Source: the human T2T-CHM13v2.0 reference genome, Homo sapiens. From it: 64,000 nucleotides of DNA. This document shows, piece by piece, positions 1 through 20,800 of this stretch (its first letter is position 1; every line of letters starts with the position of its first letter). The notes under the pieces are model-generated. The model worked only from the letters and a program-made list of their open reading frames with translations, was not told the DNA's origin and made no database searches. The stretch lies in assembly GCF_009914755.1 (NCBI RefSeq), contig NC_060933.1; one strand, given 5' to 3'. The translations under genes and the position numbers were made by a program.

Positions 1-446
1 TTTAAAACTTACTATTCAAAATTTGCAAAACTAAATAAGAGTAAAAGAAATTTACATTTTGTCCCTGGATTCACAGAAGACAAAAACATTGTGTGGGAAA
101 GCTGGAGTTGAGGACGAACGAGATTCTGAAAATAAAAATCCCTGGTACATAGCCAAAATTTCAGAGTCAACTACAGATTTTCAAAGGCTATGAAATAGGT
201 AACCTCAAGCCACCGACTCCAATAGATAAAAGGAACCAGGTAATATCTGTGTTCCAGGGAGAAAGAATAGAAAACTGGCTGAGTTCTATCACTGACAAAA
301 CTTAGTGCAAAGGAGGGATCTGGAAGGCGGGAGGGTGAAGGGATCCCCGGCTTGGAGGGTGGGGAGGGGCTGTGCTTCGGCCTCCCCCTCCTACTGCCCC
401 TCCCCAACAAAGGAGCCCTTTGTGATGTGAAGCCCCAGCTCTGTGA

Positions 447-770
<324 letters not shown>

Positions 771-1354
771 TAGTTCCACCTTTCCAAATCCAGTGGAGAC
801 TTCTGCGATGGGAAGTCTCAGGAGAGACCAGAACAGCATGCTTCCAGGGAGAGGCAGGGCAGCCAGGGGTTGGTAGGGGTAGATCGTGTACTGGGATTTC
901 CATCCCAAGCTCTCAGTCCATCTGTGGGGGAGCCAGGAGGCATGAAGGCAAAATCAAACCCGTGGGCTCAGCGGCCAGGACCGGTCATGAGACGGGGGAG
1001 GTCTCTGGTCATGAGACGGGAGGTCTCTGTCCGAGGCCAGGCCCTGAGCCCTGGCTCATCAGTCCCTTCCTGGGGCAGGTGGCTCGGGACCCAGCCTCTT
1101 CTGTGTGGGGTGATATGGGGCCTGTGCTGGGCCCCCGAGGGCCTCCCACCGGGGCCTGGCATCTCCTCTGGTCTCCTGGCAAGCAGAATGCTACCTGACA
1201 GCTCAGTGGTGCCTGCGGGCCTGAGCCTGGGTGTTCCTGGAGCAGAGGAACAGGGACTGATGGCGTCCATGGTGGACCTCATATTGAAAATCCCTGTGTG
1301 TGTGCGTGTGTGTTTGTGTGTTATTTTTATTTATTTTGTTTTTTGTGCAGGCTG

Positions 1355-1639
<285 letters not shown>

Positions 1640-2718
1640 TGAGGTTATTGTTTTGTCTATGGTATCTAACTGCTCCAGAACCACTGTACTATTGAACTGA
1701 TATTGCACTTTTTTCAAAAGTCAGTTGGTTGTACTTGTATGGAACTATTTCTGAGTTCTCAATTCTGTTTTATTGAACTGTCTGTCCCCCTGCCAATACC
1801 ACACTGTCTTGATTTCTGTAGCTATGTAAAAAGTTAAAAAATTGGGGAGAATAATTCCTCCCACTTTATTCTTCTATTTCAGACTTGTTTTGTTGAGCTG
1901 TATTATAGAAAAAACTATTCGTGACACCTGTTAAAAAATAGTAAGACAAACGTTATTCAGAGGGATTATTGCAATAGATATAGAGATTACTGCAATAGGG
2001 TCTTGCAGTAATCTCCAGTTTCCATATATTCAGGTTTCCCTCTGAATAGAAATTTTATAGCCACAGAGCAGGGTGGAGGGGTGGTAGTGTATGGAAAATT
2101 ACTAATAGGAGGGTATCTGGCTAAACTGACCTCACAGAATTCTTGCTGAAGCCATGCCAGAGTGATCAGATATCACCTGGGGATGGTAGACAATAAGAAA
2201 ACCAATTAGATACCAATGGTGGTCAGATATGAAGATGGAGGAAGACTCCATCTCAAAAAAAAAAAAAAAGATCACATATCTCAATGTAAAAATATGAAAT
2301 TTAATGAGAAATTCTTCAGGTCCTAGGACTTGATGAATAATTATTAGACATGACACCAGAAAAGCACAATCAATTCTAAGAATTTATTAATTGGATGTTA
2401 TCAAAATTTAAAACTTTTGCCCTGCATAAGAGCCTGTTAATAAAAAGACAGGGTAAAAACTGGAAGAAAAGTGCAAACCACACCTGATAAACCATATCTG
2501 ACAAGGAGCTCATATCTAGAATATTGTTTAAAGTTTTCAAAAGTCAACAACGACAACAAGAAAAAACAAGCCAATTAGAAAATGGGCTAAAGGCATGAAC
2601 CGATATTTCACTGAACAGGATAGATTGATGGAAAATGAGAAAATAAAATAACTTTCATCAGAGGAATGCCAGTCCTTTTAAATTATCAAGCCCAGAGAGA
2701 CATTAAAATAAGACAGCA

Positions 2719-3055
<337 letters not shown>

Positions 3056-3135
3056 TTACATAAGTACATAAATAGAATTTTAAAAAAATCTTAATTGTAT
3101 GTGGGTAGGTCCCTTTGATTCAAAGTGAGATAGAA

Positions 3136-3479
<344 letters not shown>

Positions 3480-3918
3480 TTACTATTCAAAATTTGCAAA
3501 ACTAAATAAGAGTAAAAGAAATTTACATTTTGTCCCTGGATTCACAGAAGACAAAAACATTGTGTGGGAAAGCTGGAGTTGAGGACGAACGAGATTCTGA
3601 AAATAAAAATCCCTGGTACATAAGCCAAAATTTCAGAGTCAACTACAGATTTTCAAAGGCTATGAAATAGGTAACCTCAAGCCACCGACTCCAATAGATA
3701 AAAGGAACCAGGTAATATCTGTGTTCCAGGGAGAAAGAATAGAAAACTGGCTGAGTTCTATCACTGACAAAACTTAGTGCGAAGGAGGGATCTGGAAGGC
3801 GGGAGGGTGAAGGGATCCCCGGCTTGGAGGGTGGGGAGGGGCTGTGCTTCGGCCTCCCCCTCCTACTGCCCCTCCCCAACAAAGGAGCCCTTTGTGATGT
3901 GAAGCCCCAGCTCTGTGA

Positions 3919-9498
<5,580 letters not shown>

Positions 9499-10386
9499 CC
9501 AAGGCACTGTCTTTTTCAGGGAGGTATCTAATTTGGTCAGTCACAAATTCCTTTTTAGCCTTCCCTAGAGAAAAACAAGTCACCAAGAAAAAATTCACTC
9601 TATGTAGAGGAAAAGTATTTTCTCTCATGTTAGTACACGCAGAACATTTAATATTCCACAATATATACGGTTTTTTATTCATAAGAGGGTGATGGCTTTT
9701 ATTTGTGCTGTGCTTGGTGTGGGCTTGGTTTCTAGAAGCGACAGGACATGGAGGGAGGCTGACAGCGGTGCTGTAAGCCCACCTTCATCCTGAGTTCCTT
9801 CACTGAACCTTATGTTTCCGTAATACCATCTTTACACAAACAACAAAAAATTCTAAAAACAAGATGAGAAAAACCTATGAAGATCCCACTCTGAAATAAG
9901 GTTCAACCCATCTTTCCACTACTTACTGTCCACCTCAAACTTTATGCAACTATAGGGAGAAGGTTTGCAGAGATGTCACAGGGCTGAACATCTCCATGCA
10001 GGCTCCAGGAAGTGCCACAGCCAAATAACTTCATGTGTCACAAAATAGTGGAAGTTTGGGTGGGAGAGTGCTGGACCCTGAGTTCAGAAGTGGGAGAAGT
10101 CTTGACCCTGGGTATCCTGGTGAAGAATAGATAATGTCTGCCCTGGGAAGCCCCTTCTCTCCCTGACAAAGGCTGGGATGGAGATGGGCCCTCTTAGCTC
10201 AGCCAACATGTGAAGCACAGAGTCCCCATCCCACTGCCTCTCCCTTTCTCGCACTCTGGAGTGGTGGTGGGGATAGACCTTCCAGCTCTGTGCATGTGTA
10301 GGTGGGGGGCGGGGGGCTGGGGGGACGGCCTTCATGGAGGCTGCTGAGGGCGGCGAACTCCCCTGCCCCAGATGAGTGAATGACCC

Positions 10387-11215
10387 TGCTAGGAAGTCAG
10401 AGCCTGCAAGGGCTGTGGGGGTATCAGGTGGAGTGGGCTCCAGGTACACCCTCAGTGCACTGGGCAGGTCTCAGGCCAGGCTCTCTGGACCCCACCTGGG
10501 TGATGTGGTCACTCCCTGGGGGACTGCTGTCAGGCCCCGGCCACCCACCCTGGGCAGCACCGTCCCATCGCAGGACTGGACTTTCTGAGTCCTGAGACAG
10601 GACGGTGCTGCCCAGGCCTGACAGACTGGGAGGAACTGTTAAGTCCTCCATCTCTAGACCAGCCTCCCACACAGCACGGACAGTCTCTTACCTTTACCTT
10701 CATGAAGAATGATCCTTCTCACTCTAAGGCAACCAAGGCAGAGCTGAGGACCCGTGCCAGGCTGGGAGTCAGTCCCCTCCCTAAATGGGCCTGAGGGAAG
10801 CACCATCCCTGTCCCAATCCACCACAAATTTCTGCCCAGGAGACACATAGGGAAGGGAGGACGGGGCCTCCCTGCTGGCTGACACTGGAAACGCGGGACC
10901 TGGAAGAAGAGGGAGCGCAGGGCTGGCAGGGGATGCTCCAGGCCCATGGAGAGCTCGGGCTGCACCATGGGGCTGCCCCTCCTGGGCTGGAGGCTGTGCC
11001 CTCTGCAGGATTTGAGAAAGTCCAGTCCTGAGATGGGACAGCACTGCCCAGGGTGGGTGGCTGGGGCCCGACGGAAGTCCCTCAGGGAGCGACCGCCATC
11101 ACTCGACCAGGGTGCAGGGAGCCTGGGCTGAGACCTGCCCAGTGCACTGAGGGTGCAACTGGAGACCACCCCACCTGACGCCCCCACAGCACTGACAGGA
11201 TCTGACCTCCCAGCA
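10387..11215. repeat. Inverted repeat: ~208-bp arms (10387-10594 and 11006-11215), ~410-bp spacer
   Basis: e.g. ccctcagtgcactgggcaggtctcag is the reverse complement of ctgagacctgcccagtgcactgaggg; paralogous peptides appear on opposite strands in the ORF track. Confidence 0.85.
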
Positions 11216-11499
11216 TGTACCTGCCTCTCCCTGCACCCCAGCTGCCCACCCTGCCTGTTCCCTGGCTTCCTCCATCCCGTGCAGCCCATAGACTGTGACC
11301 ATCTCACCGGCTACTCTGGCCCTTCCTTTGCCTTTGTCCTGTCAAAATCTCTGAGCAAGATCTCCCAGGTCCATCCAAACACCTGCTTTGTCCACTTTTG
11401 ACTGGGCTTTTGGGCACCACTGGCCCATCCGAGCTGTCCATAGGGCCTGTGATAACGTGCATTGCACCTGGCATCTCCCAGCAGTGCTCAGCAGCCCCC

Positions 11500-12362
11500 G
11501 CACCAGGTCCCTGCTGACCAGATCCCGCACATCAGGTCCTCCCTGACCACACCCTCACTGATTAGAACCCCATGACCATGCCCCACTAACCAGGCCCTGC
11601 TGCCAGGCCCACAGTGACCAGGACCCTACTGACTGACCACGACCTTACACACCAGGGCCTCACTGACCAGGTCCTTACTGACAAGGCCTCATTGATCAGG
11701 TTCCACCGATCATGACCCCATTGCCTGGCCCCACAGATGAGGTCCTACTGACTAAGCCTCCGGGGAACAGACTGCCACTGACCAGGCCCCTATTAAGCAG
11801 GCCCAAGGTGACCAGATACTTCTGACTATGACCCTAGTGAGTAGGCCCCACTGAATGGGCACCCACTGCTCAGATCCCTGCTGACCAGGTCACCCACAGA
11901 CCAGTGCTACAAAAGCCACCACTGACCACACTCTCTCTGAACAGGCCCCCACTGATTAGGTTCCACTGACCAGGCTGCCCTGATCAGGGCCCCACTGACA
12001 AGGGCCTCACTGATGAGGACATGGCCACCAGGCCCTGCTGACTAGGTCCCATGTGACCAGGCCTCCACTGAATAGCACCCCTTGACCTGGTCACCAGTGA
12101 CCCAGCTCATGCTGACAAGGCCACCACTAAGCCCCAGCTGACCAGGTCTCCACTGACGAAGTCCTGCAGCCTAGTTTTACACTGACCAGACACCAAACAA
12201 GTGGCTGCCACTAGGTCCCCACTCACCAAGACCCCACTACTAGATCCCCCTAATGAGACCCTCTCTAAGCAGACCCCTGCTGACCACGCCCCCAATAAAT
12301 AGGCCTCACTGACCAAGTCCCAACTGACTAGGTCCACTGACGAGGCCCACACTGATCAGGGC
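11500..12362 (+). repeat. Degenerate ~15-bp tandem array, consensus near CCCCACTGACCAGGC
   Basis: Dozens of ctgaccagg/actgacc variants at ~15-nt spacing. Confidence 0.85.
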
Positions 12363-12374
12363 CCTCCTAACTAT

Positions 12375-15300
12375 ACCAGAAGACCAAGCGACAATGAGAT
12401 ATTTCATATGGCAGGAGTAGGAGCAAGACAGAGAGAGGAAGGAGGTGCTACATCCTGTTATACAACCAGATCTCAAGAGAACCCACTATCAGGAGATCAG
12501 CATCAAGAAGATTAACCATTGGTGAAGGAACCACCACCCATACCACCACCCACTGTTGCCAGGCAGAAGCCTCCTGCAGAGGCAGAGCCTCTTGGGAAAC
12601 TTCCACTATGGCAGTGCAGAAGGAAAATATGGGCTTGGAGCTCCCACACAGGAGGCCACCATCCTCCAGACCCCAGATTCATAAGCCCACCAACAGCTCG
12701 CACCCTCAGTATGGAAAGGCTACAGGCACTCCACACCAGCCCAGCCCATGGGAGCAGCCATGGGGGCTGAAGCCTGCAAAGCCACAGGTTCACTGTCCTA
12801 GTAGAGGTTTTCCACAAACCTCTGCCTCTACAGCAGACTACTCCCTCTTCCTACTACCCCCCACCCTCCCACCACCCTACTGCCAACCTACTCTCCACCC
12901 TACCCACCCCTTTTCCTTCCAACCCCAACCCCCTCTTGCCATGATTAAATCACCTCCCACCAGGTCCCACCTCCAACAATAAGAAGTACAATTCACATGA
13001 GTTTTGTAAATAAACACAGCCAAACCATATTATTCTGACCCTGATACCCCAGAATCTCATGTCCTTCTCACAGAGCAAAATACATTCATGCCTTTTCAAA
13101 AGTTTCCTTCCAAATGTCTTAACTCATTCCAGCATTAACTCAAAAGTAAAAAGTTCAACATCTCATCTGAGACAAGTCTACAGTCCCTTTTGCCTATGAG
13201 TCCCTGAATTTAAAAGGATGTTCTTTTCTTTCAGGGTACAATGATGGTAAAGGCACTGGATAAGCTTTCTCAATCGAAAGGGAAGAAATTTCCCAGGAAA
13301 AAAACACAAATAGGACCACAGGCCCAATGCAAGTCCAAAACCCAGGAGGCCAGTATCCATTCAATCTCACAGCTCCAAAATCATGAAGAAAACTCACTAG
13401 CATAAGCACAGCAATAAGGAGGTGGTGTTTAATCATTTGTGAAGGATCCACCCCCGACCACCACTTTTCACCCCTCACCCCCACCATAATCCCCTCATTC
13501 TCCCTACCCCCACCTTCCAACCCCCCCTCTCCACCATGATTAAATCACCCTCCACCAGGCCCCACCTTTAACTTTATTATTCTGTCCCTGGCTCCCAAAT
13601 CTCATGTCCTTCTCACATTGCAAAATACAATGATGCCTTCTCTACAGCCCCTCCAAATCTTATATCATTCCAGCATTTATACAAATGTCCAAAGCTTAAA
13701 GTCTCATCTGACACAAGGCTACAGTCCCTTAGGTGCATGAGCCTCTGAACAATAAAGCAAGTTAACTACTTCCAAGGTACAATGCCTGTGCAGGCAATGT
13801 TACGTAAGCATTCTCAGCCGAAAGGAAGAATTCTGCCAGAAAGAACAAAACACAGGACTTACAGGCCCCATGAAACTCCAAACCCAGAAGGCTAGTCATT
13901 CAATCCTACAGTTCCGAAATCATCCTTTCTGAAACCTTGTCCCACATCCAGGGCACAGGGACGTGAGGGCTGGGCTCTGAAGGCCCTGGGCTGCTCTGCA
14001 CCTTTGGTTTTGCAGGGTTTATGCCCCACGGCTGCACTCATGGGCTGGGCGGGTGTTGAGTGCCTGTAGTTTTTCCCGACTGATGGTACAAGCTATCGGT
14101 CGGTCTACGAATCTGGGGTCTGCATGATGGTGGCCTCCAGTGTGGGGGCTCCAACCCTGTATTTTCCTTCTGCACTGCCCTAGTAGAGGTTTCTTATGAG
14201 GCTCTGCCTTTTTGGGATGCTTTTTTCTGGTCACCCAGGCATTTCCATACATCTTCCAAAGTCTACAGAGAGGCTTCCAAGCCTCTAGTCTCAAGATCCG
14301 TCCACCCAGTGGCTTACCAATATGAGGAAGTTACCAAGGCTTCTAGCCTGCACTCTCTGAAGCAGTGACCCAAGCTGCATCTGTGCATTTTCAGCCATGG
14401 CTGGAGCTGGAGCTGCAGGGATGCAGGCAGCAGTGCCCTGAAGCTGCACATAGAGGGGGGTCATGGGACTGGCCCAGGAAACCATTCTGCTCTCCTAGGC
14501 CCCAGGGCCTGTGACAGGAAGGGCTGCTGCAAAGTTCTATGAAATGCCTTCAAGGCCTCTTCCCTATTGTCTTGGCTATTAGCACTGGGCTCCTTTTTAT
14601 GCAAATTTCTGAAGCCTTCCTGAATTTTCTCCCTGAAAATCAGATTTTCTTTTTGACCACTTGGCCAGGCTGCAAATTTTCCAAACTTCTGAGTTCTGTT
14701 TCTTATTTAATGTAAGAGTTGGGACTTGTTTAATGGAAGTCCCATCCAGAGGTCATTTCCTCAGTCACACATCAGAGCACAGGCTGTTCAATGCAGACAG
14801 GACACCTCTTGAGCTTTGCTTCCTAGAAGTTCATTCCACCAAATATGTACTAAGTCATCACCCTCAAGTTTAAAGTTTCACAGATCTCCAGGGCAGGGTC
14901 ACCGTGCCACCACATTCCTTGCTACAGCAAAACAAAGGTAACCTTGGCTTCTGTTCCCAATAAGTTCCTCATTTTTATCTGAGACCTTCTAAGTCTGGCT
15001 TTCACTGACCATTTTCCTGTCAGCCTTCTGATCACAAGTATTTAACAATTCTCTACAAAGATCCAAACTTTTCCTCATTTTCCTGTCTTCAAAGCCCTTC
15101 AAACTCTCCCAACCTCTGTCTGCTACCCCCTTCTGAACCTGCTTCTACTTTATCACCTATCTTTGTCACAGCCTGGCAATGTGGTAAAGGAAGGCAAGTC
15201 CATTTTCAGGGGGAAAATTCAAGGCTTCAGATACTTGAATGAAAAGAAGCTGAGTGCTGATTGCCAAGACAACAGGGAAAAGGCCTTGAAGACATTTCAT

Positions 15301-17005
15301 ACATCCACTTTCCAGTACTAATTTTCTCTATGATCATAAAGAATCTCATGATTCTGCAGGCTGTAAGGAAACATAGTGGCTTCTGAATCTGGGAGGACTC
15401 AGGAAGCCACCCAGTCATATCAGAATGTCAAGGGGCAATGAGATGATTCATGTGGCAGGAGTAGGAGCAAGACAGAGAGAGGAAAGAGGTGCCACACCCT
15501 ATTATACAACCAGATCTCATGGGAACTCACTATCACAAGCTCAGCATCAAAAAGATGGTGCTTAACCATTGGTGAAGGATTCGCCCCCCACCCCCAACTC
15601 CCACTGTTTCCAGGCAGAAGCCTGATGCAGAGGCAGAGCCTCTGGGAAAACCTCTCCTAGGGAAGTGCGGAAGGAAAATATGGGCTTGGAGCTCCCACAC
15701 AGGATACCATCATCCTCCAGACCCCAGTCATAGACCCACCAACAGCTCCCACCCTCTGCATGGAAAAGCTACAGGCACTCAACACCAGCCCAGCCATGAG
15801 AGCAGCAAAGCCACAGGTGCACTGCCCTAGTAGAGGTTTTCCATGAGCCTCTACCTGTGCAGCAGGCTACTCCCCCTTCCTACTACCCACCACCCTCCCA
15901 CCACCCTACAGCCAGCGTACTCCTCCCCACCCCTTTCTCCTTACACCCCCACCCACCTCCCATCCATGATTAAATCACCTCCCACCAGGCTTCACAACCA
16001 AAATTCGGGATTACAATTCCACATGAGTTTTTCTAGCAAAACACAGCCAAACCATATTATTCCGACCTTGACCCTTCCGAATCTCATGTTCTTCTCACAG
16101 GGTAAAACACAATCATGCCTTTTCAAAAGTTTCCAAAAGCCTTAACTCATTCCAGCATCAACTCAACTATAAGAAGTTCAAAGTCTCATCCGAGACAAGG
16201 CTACAGTATCTTCTACCTATGAGTCCCTGAAGTTAAAATGGAGTTCTTTTCTTTCAAGGTACAATGATGGTACAGGCATTGGGTAAGCTTTCTTAATCCA
16301 AAGGGAAGAAATTTCCCAGAAAAATAACACAAATGGGACCACAGGCCCAATGCACATCCAAAACCCAGCAGACCAGTATTCAATCTCACAGCTACGAAAT
16401 TATGAAGAGAACTATCAGAAGGACAGCATTAAGGAGATGGTGTTTAATTACTTGTGAAGGATCTACCCCCACCCCTGCCTTTCACCCCCAACCCCACCAT
16501 AATTCCCCCCAATTCTCCCCACCACCCCCACCTTCCAACCTCCACTCTCCACCATGATTAAATCACCTTCCACCAGCCCCCACCACCTTTAACATTTCCC
16601 GTTACAATTTCACAGCAGTGGGACACAGAGCCAAGTCATATTATTCTGTCCCTGCCCATGCAAATCTCATATGTCTTTCTCATGTTGCAAAATACAATGA
16701 TGACTTCCCTACAGTCCCCCAAATCTTAACTCATTCCAGCAAATGTCCAAAGCCCAAAGTTTTATCTGGGACAAGGATACAGTCCCTTCTGCCCATGAGC
16801 CTCTGAATTATAAAGCAAGTTAACTACTTCCAAGGTACAATGATTGTACAGGCAATGGGTAAGCATTCCCAGCCAATAGAAGAAAAATTGCCTGAAAGAA
16901 AAACAAACACCGATGGGACTCATAGGATACATGAACATCCAAAACCCAGCAGGCCAGTCATTCAATCCTACAGCTCTAAAATCATCCTTCTGGAATCCTT
17001 GTCCC
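12375..17005. mobile_element. Rearranged MaLR (MST-type) LTR + internal sequence with nested duplications; 12390-13945 repeated at 15435-17005
   Basis: MST LTR motifs (caaccagatctc, ccatgattaaatcacctcccaccagg, acagccaaaccatat) and MaLR-internal motifs (caaggtacaatg, ggcccaatgcaagtccaaaacccag), several recurring four times. Confidence 0.8.
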
Positions 17006-18039
17006 CAGCCATCTGGGGCTGTAGGGCAGCTGGCCACAAGCTGCCCTGGCTTCTTCCATGTTGTGCTCATCACTACCCACCAAGGGAGGTCAGATGCAGG
17101 CATCAAGCAGGGCGGTTGTCTCTGGACCTGCGTCTTGGTTATCATGGAGCCAAACTGGGCCTGGTGACAGGGCCATGATGGGGTTGTTCTGGTGGTCCTG
17201 TGGGTGTCCAGAGGAGATGCAGAATGGAATTGCTACCAGGATGAATCAGATGACTGTCAACACAGAACAGGCACCTGGTGAGTGCTCAGGGTTTACCCTC
17301 AGTAGCTGCCCAGAGGCCAAAACCATCCACCTGATAGCGACTGTCCCTAAGCCAGGAAGAAGAGAAGAGAGCAGGTTCCACTCACGTAAGTCTGATCAGT
17401 GAGATGTGCTGAGGTGTGCCTCTCACCTAGAAAATGGCCCTTCATGCAGAGCCACTCACAGACACTGCTGTGTGTCTCTAACTGCTCCACAACACATAGG
17501 CAATGGGGGCTCAGCAACAGTGACATCGTGGGGTGACACAACACACCACAACGGGAGCCTGCTTGGGTCAAGAGGGCCCAGAATCAGTGTCCTCTATCCC
17601 CTGAACTCACATGTGTGCATGCAATGTGTTTATGCATGCATGTGTCTATGTGCATATGGGTGTATTTGTCTTGCTTCTCTGGCCTGGCCTAGCTGCTCCA
17701 CTCACAGGTGCACCCAGGTCCTCATCACTATCACCACCAGGGCCCAGGGCCAGGATTAGAGAATCCACAGGTGCTCCCCAATCTCTGCCCTCCCCACCGA
17801 GTGTGGTCCTGGGGATGCAGACAGAGGAGGGGCGCCGAGCAGAGTAGAGCGGGCTGGTACCCTCTCTAGGTGGAACCCAGGTTGTGTGTAAAGTTGGAGG
17901 TCTGCCAAGCAGTGCTGAATTCAACACATCTTCTCACATTCTCTTTCCAGCAACGCTCCAGGGTGCCCTGACTCACCTTCCTACACATGGAAGCAAGGAG
18001 GCTCCACAAACCCCCTGCCTAAGGTCACACAGCGGCCAA

Positions 18040-18622
18040 CTGGCCAGGTTCCTACTGACCAGGCGCCCCCCAAACCAGGTCCCCACTGACAAGGCCCCTA
18101 ATGACCACTCCTCCATTGACCAGGTCCCACTGGCCAAGTCCCCACTGGCCATGTCTCCATAACCAGGAAGAGGCCCCTATTAATAGGCCTCACGGACCAG
18201 ACCCCACCGACTGGGTTCCCACTGATAAGACCACAATTTACCAGGTTGCCCCTCACCTCACCCCCACTGAACAATTCTCCATGGATCAGTCCCCAGCTGA
18301 CCGAGCCCCCTCTGACCAGGCCCTCACTGACCAGGCTCCAAGCCACTAAGGCCCCACACTGACCAGACCCCTAATATACTGAATAGACCCCACCGGCCAG
18401 TTTTTTATTGTTTGTGTTCCAACCGATCAGACCCCACTAATAAGGCCACCACTGACCAGGTCCCCACTGACTAGGCTTCCAATGCCTAGGTCACCAGGTC
18501 CCCATTGGTGAGGCCTTCACTGAGGAGGCCACCCTCTAGCCAGGTCCCTGCTGATCTGGTGCCAACTGACCAGGTCCTGATGGCTAGGTCATCTCTGACC
18601 ATGATCCACTGACGAGGCCCCT
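18040..18622 (+). repeat. Second degenerate ~15-bp CCCCACTGACCAGG array, same orientation as 11500-12362
   Basis: Same motif family. Confidence 0.85.
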
Positions 18623-20274
18623 GTGCAGTGGTGCTCAACGTCTCATTACAATGCCCCAGTCAGCCCACAGACCCTCCCTCCCTGCATGTGTGCCCAGAGA
18701 TCAGGCCCGGGGGGGTTTCTTGGGCCCCAAGGCCTCTCCTCCAAGACACAGGAAGGACAGTCAGCCTCAGGCTCCAGGTACCCAGCTTCACACTCGCCCC
18801 CCAAGGCCCTCTGGGCCCATCTCAAAGGAGACAATGAGGTGGCCTGGCACTGCCTGGACATGCCATCTACCCTATTCCTGAGTGTCAGAGTGGGAGAAGG
18901 GAGGGACATTTGGCAGACGAGACACCCTGTGCTGCTGGGTCTCCCAGGGCCCTTCCCACAGAGCCCCGATCTAGAGACACAGCACAGAGGCTGCAGACAA
19001 ATTAATCCAGAACCCTTGAGGCTGAGCCAGGGACCACATGAGGACTGTCCCCAGACAGCCAGAAGGCCCTTTGCTAGTTTCTTGGTACCTCAATGGATGC
19101 AGCAACAGTTCTTCTGTTGGGGACTAGCGAGTGTGTGCTGGGGAGGGCTCACCTGTGCTTCCTCAGTGATTCCAACTCTGCTTCTAAGAAAAATTACTCA
19201 TTCTAGGGCTGGAACAGAGAAAATACAAGATTAGTTTGGAACATCTTGTGCCAGAAAGTAAAAAAGTGCTGACAAGAGTAACAGAGACAAATCAAAAAGA
19301 CATAAAGTCAGACATAAAGAAATGTCTACCACTGGCCTCATCTTGGGGAATTGGAGCACCAGAATCATGAGCTTTCCCTTCTCCTTTATTTATTGGTTTT
19401 ATTTCTCCATGTAGAACAAACAAGAGAATACGAAAATAATCATCTGGCAACCATCACAGTAATACTTGTTCAAAGACAAGACATCAATGAAATACCGAAT
19501 CTAGTGGGTTTTTAGGAGTAACCAGATATTTACAGAGCCTCAAAGTATCTCCACACAAAATACGGTTGAACTACAAAAAGAAATTCATAACATTAGTATG
19601 GACAAACCTGGCAGGTACTCTTTAAGTCTCCTACTATATATAGTAATAAAACCTGTAAAATGCAAAGAAGGCTTCGATGACCTTTACTAAAGTATCAAGG
19701 ATGACTTGGTTGTTTGGCTTTTTAAACAGCTGACATTTGGGCAATTTGAGTATGTCAAACTCCATAATACTGGTGTTCATTTGCAAGATCCACTTAAAAC
19801 TTAAGGGGGCTAAAAAACATCATTTAAAATACCATAATAAATGTTCATCATACATATGATATGAAAATATTCTACTTTAGTAAAGATTGTGATGTTATAT
19901 ATTTTATGAGAAGCAATTAAAATTTCATGTCAATAGCCCAGTAATAAAGTTTTATGATCTTTTAAATCACACAACTTTTCCTTAAGATTTTATGGTTAAA
20001 TATTCTCTTTATTAGATGTGACTTACCAGTGGATTCTAGAGAAGAAAGCAGATGGGAGCAAGTGCCCAACACAGCAAAAGCTGGAAAGAAAAAGAAAGGA
20101 TTAGGTTCTTTACCCAAAACATTTCAGTTAACTAAGTGTGAGTTTAAAATCTAAAGAGTTGAGAACGTTATCAGAGTTAAAAAGAATGAGAAATATGTAC
20201 GTACGATTACAATACAAAATTACTATTAAATAATTAACGCATGGCATTAATTCTAATTGTGGTTAAATATCACA

Positions 20275-20800
20275 GCTTTTCCATTCTTTATTCATGTACT
20301 CAACACCCACGTGCTAAGGCACTAGAATCAGTACTGGAATTACAATATGAAGATGGCATGGTCCACCTCTCAACAGTCATATGCTATAACCTAAAACAAC
20401 AGACAGGCAGGCAATGTCCGTATAGAGTCATAGACACTATGACAGGTATAAAGCAGGGCACTACTGGAAAACACAGAAGGGACATCTATCCCACTTTTGT
20501 GTCAATATCATGGGCTTTGTGGAGGAGATAAATAGGTTGATACCTGAAGGACAAGGAAAAGCTTGCCAGATAGAGAGACGAGGCGAAGGCAAAGAGCCTG
20601 AGGTGAGGAAGAGCCCTACAGAGTTCTACTCCGCCCACTTTGGTGCTAGAGCAAAGGGCAGAGTGCGGTAAGCGGCGAGAGATAAGGCTGAGTAACCTGA
20701 CAAGAATTACATTGACACAGGTGTTTTTATTTCATGGTGAAAATTTTGGAACTTTTCCTGAGAACAGATGTAAGCCAATGGCACAGTAAATGACAGGAGA
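20275..20800 (-). mobile_element. L2 remnant
   Basis: Degenerate L2 3' end (ttcatgtactcaacacccacgtgctaaggcactag...). Confidence 0.5.

Noticed and set aside
11500-12362. Array of short repeats superficially like a CRISPR locus
   Set aside because: Eukaryotic context, degenerate contiguous 15-mers with no unique spacers, no cas genes
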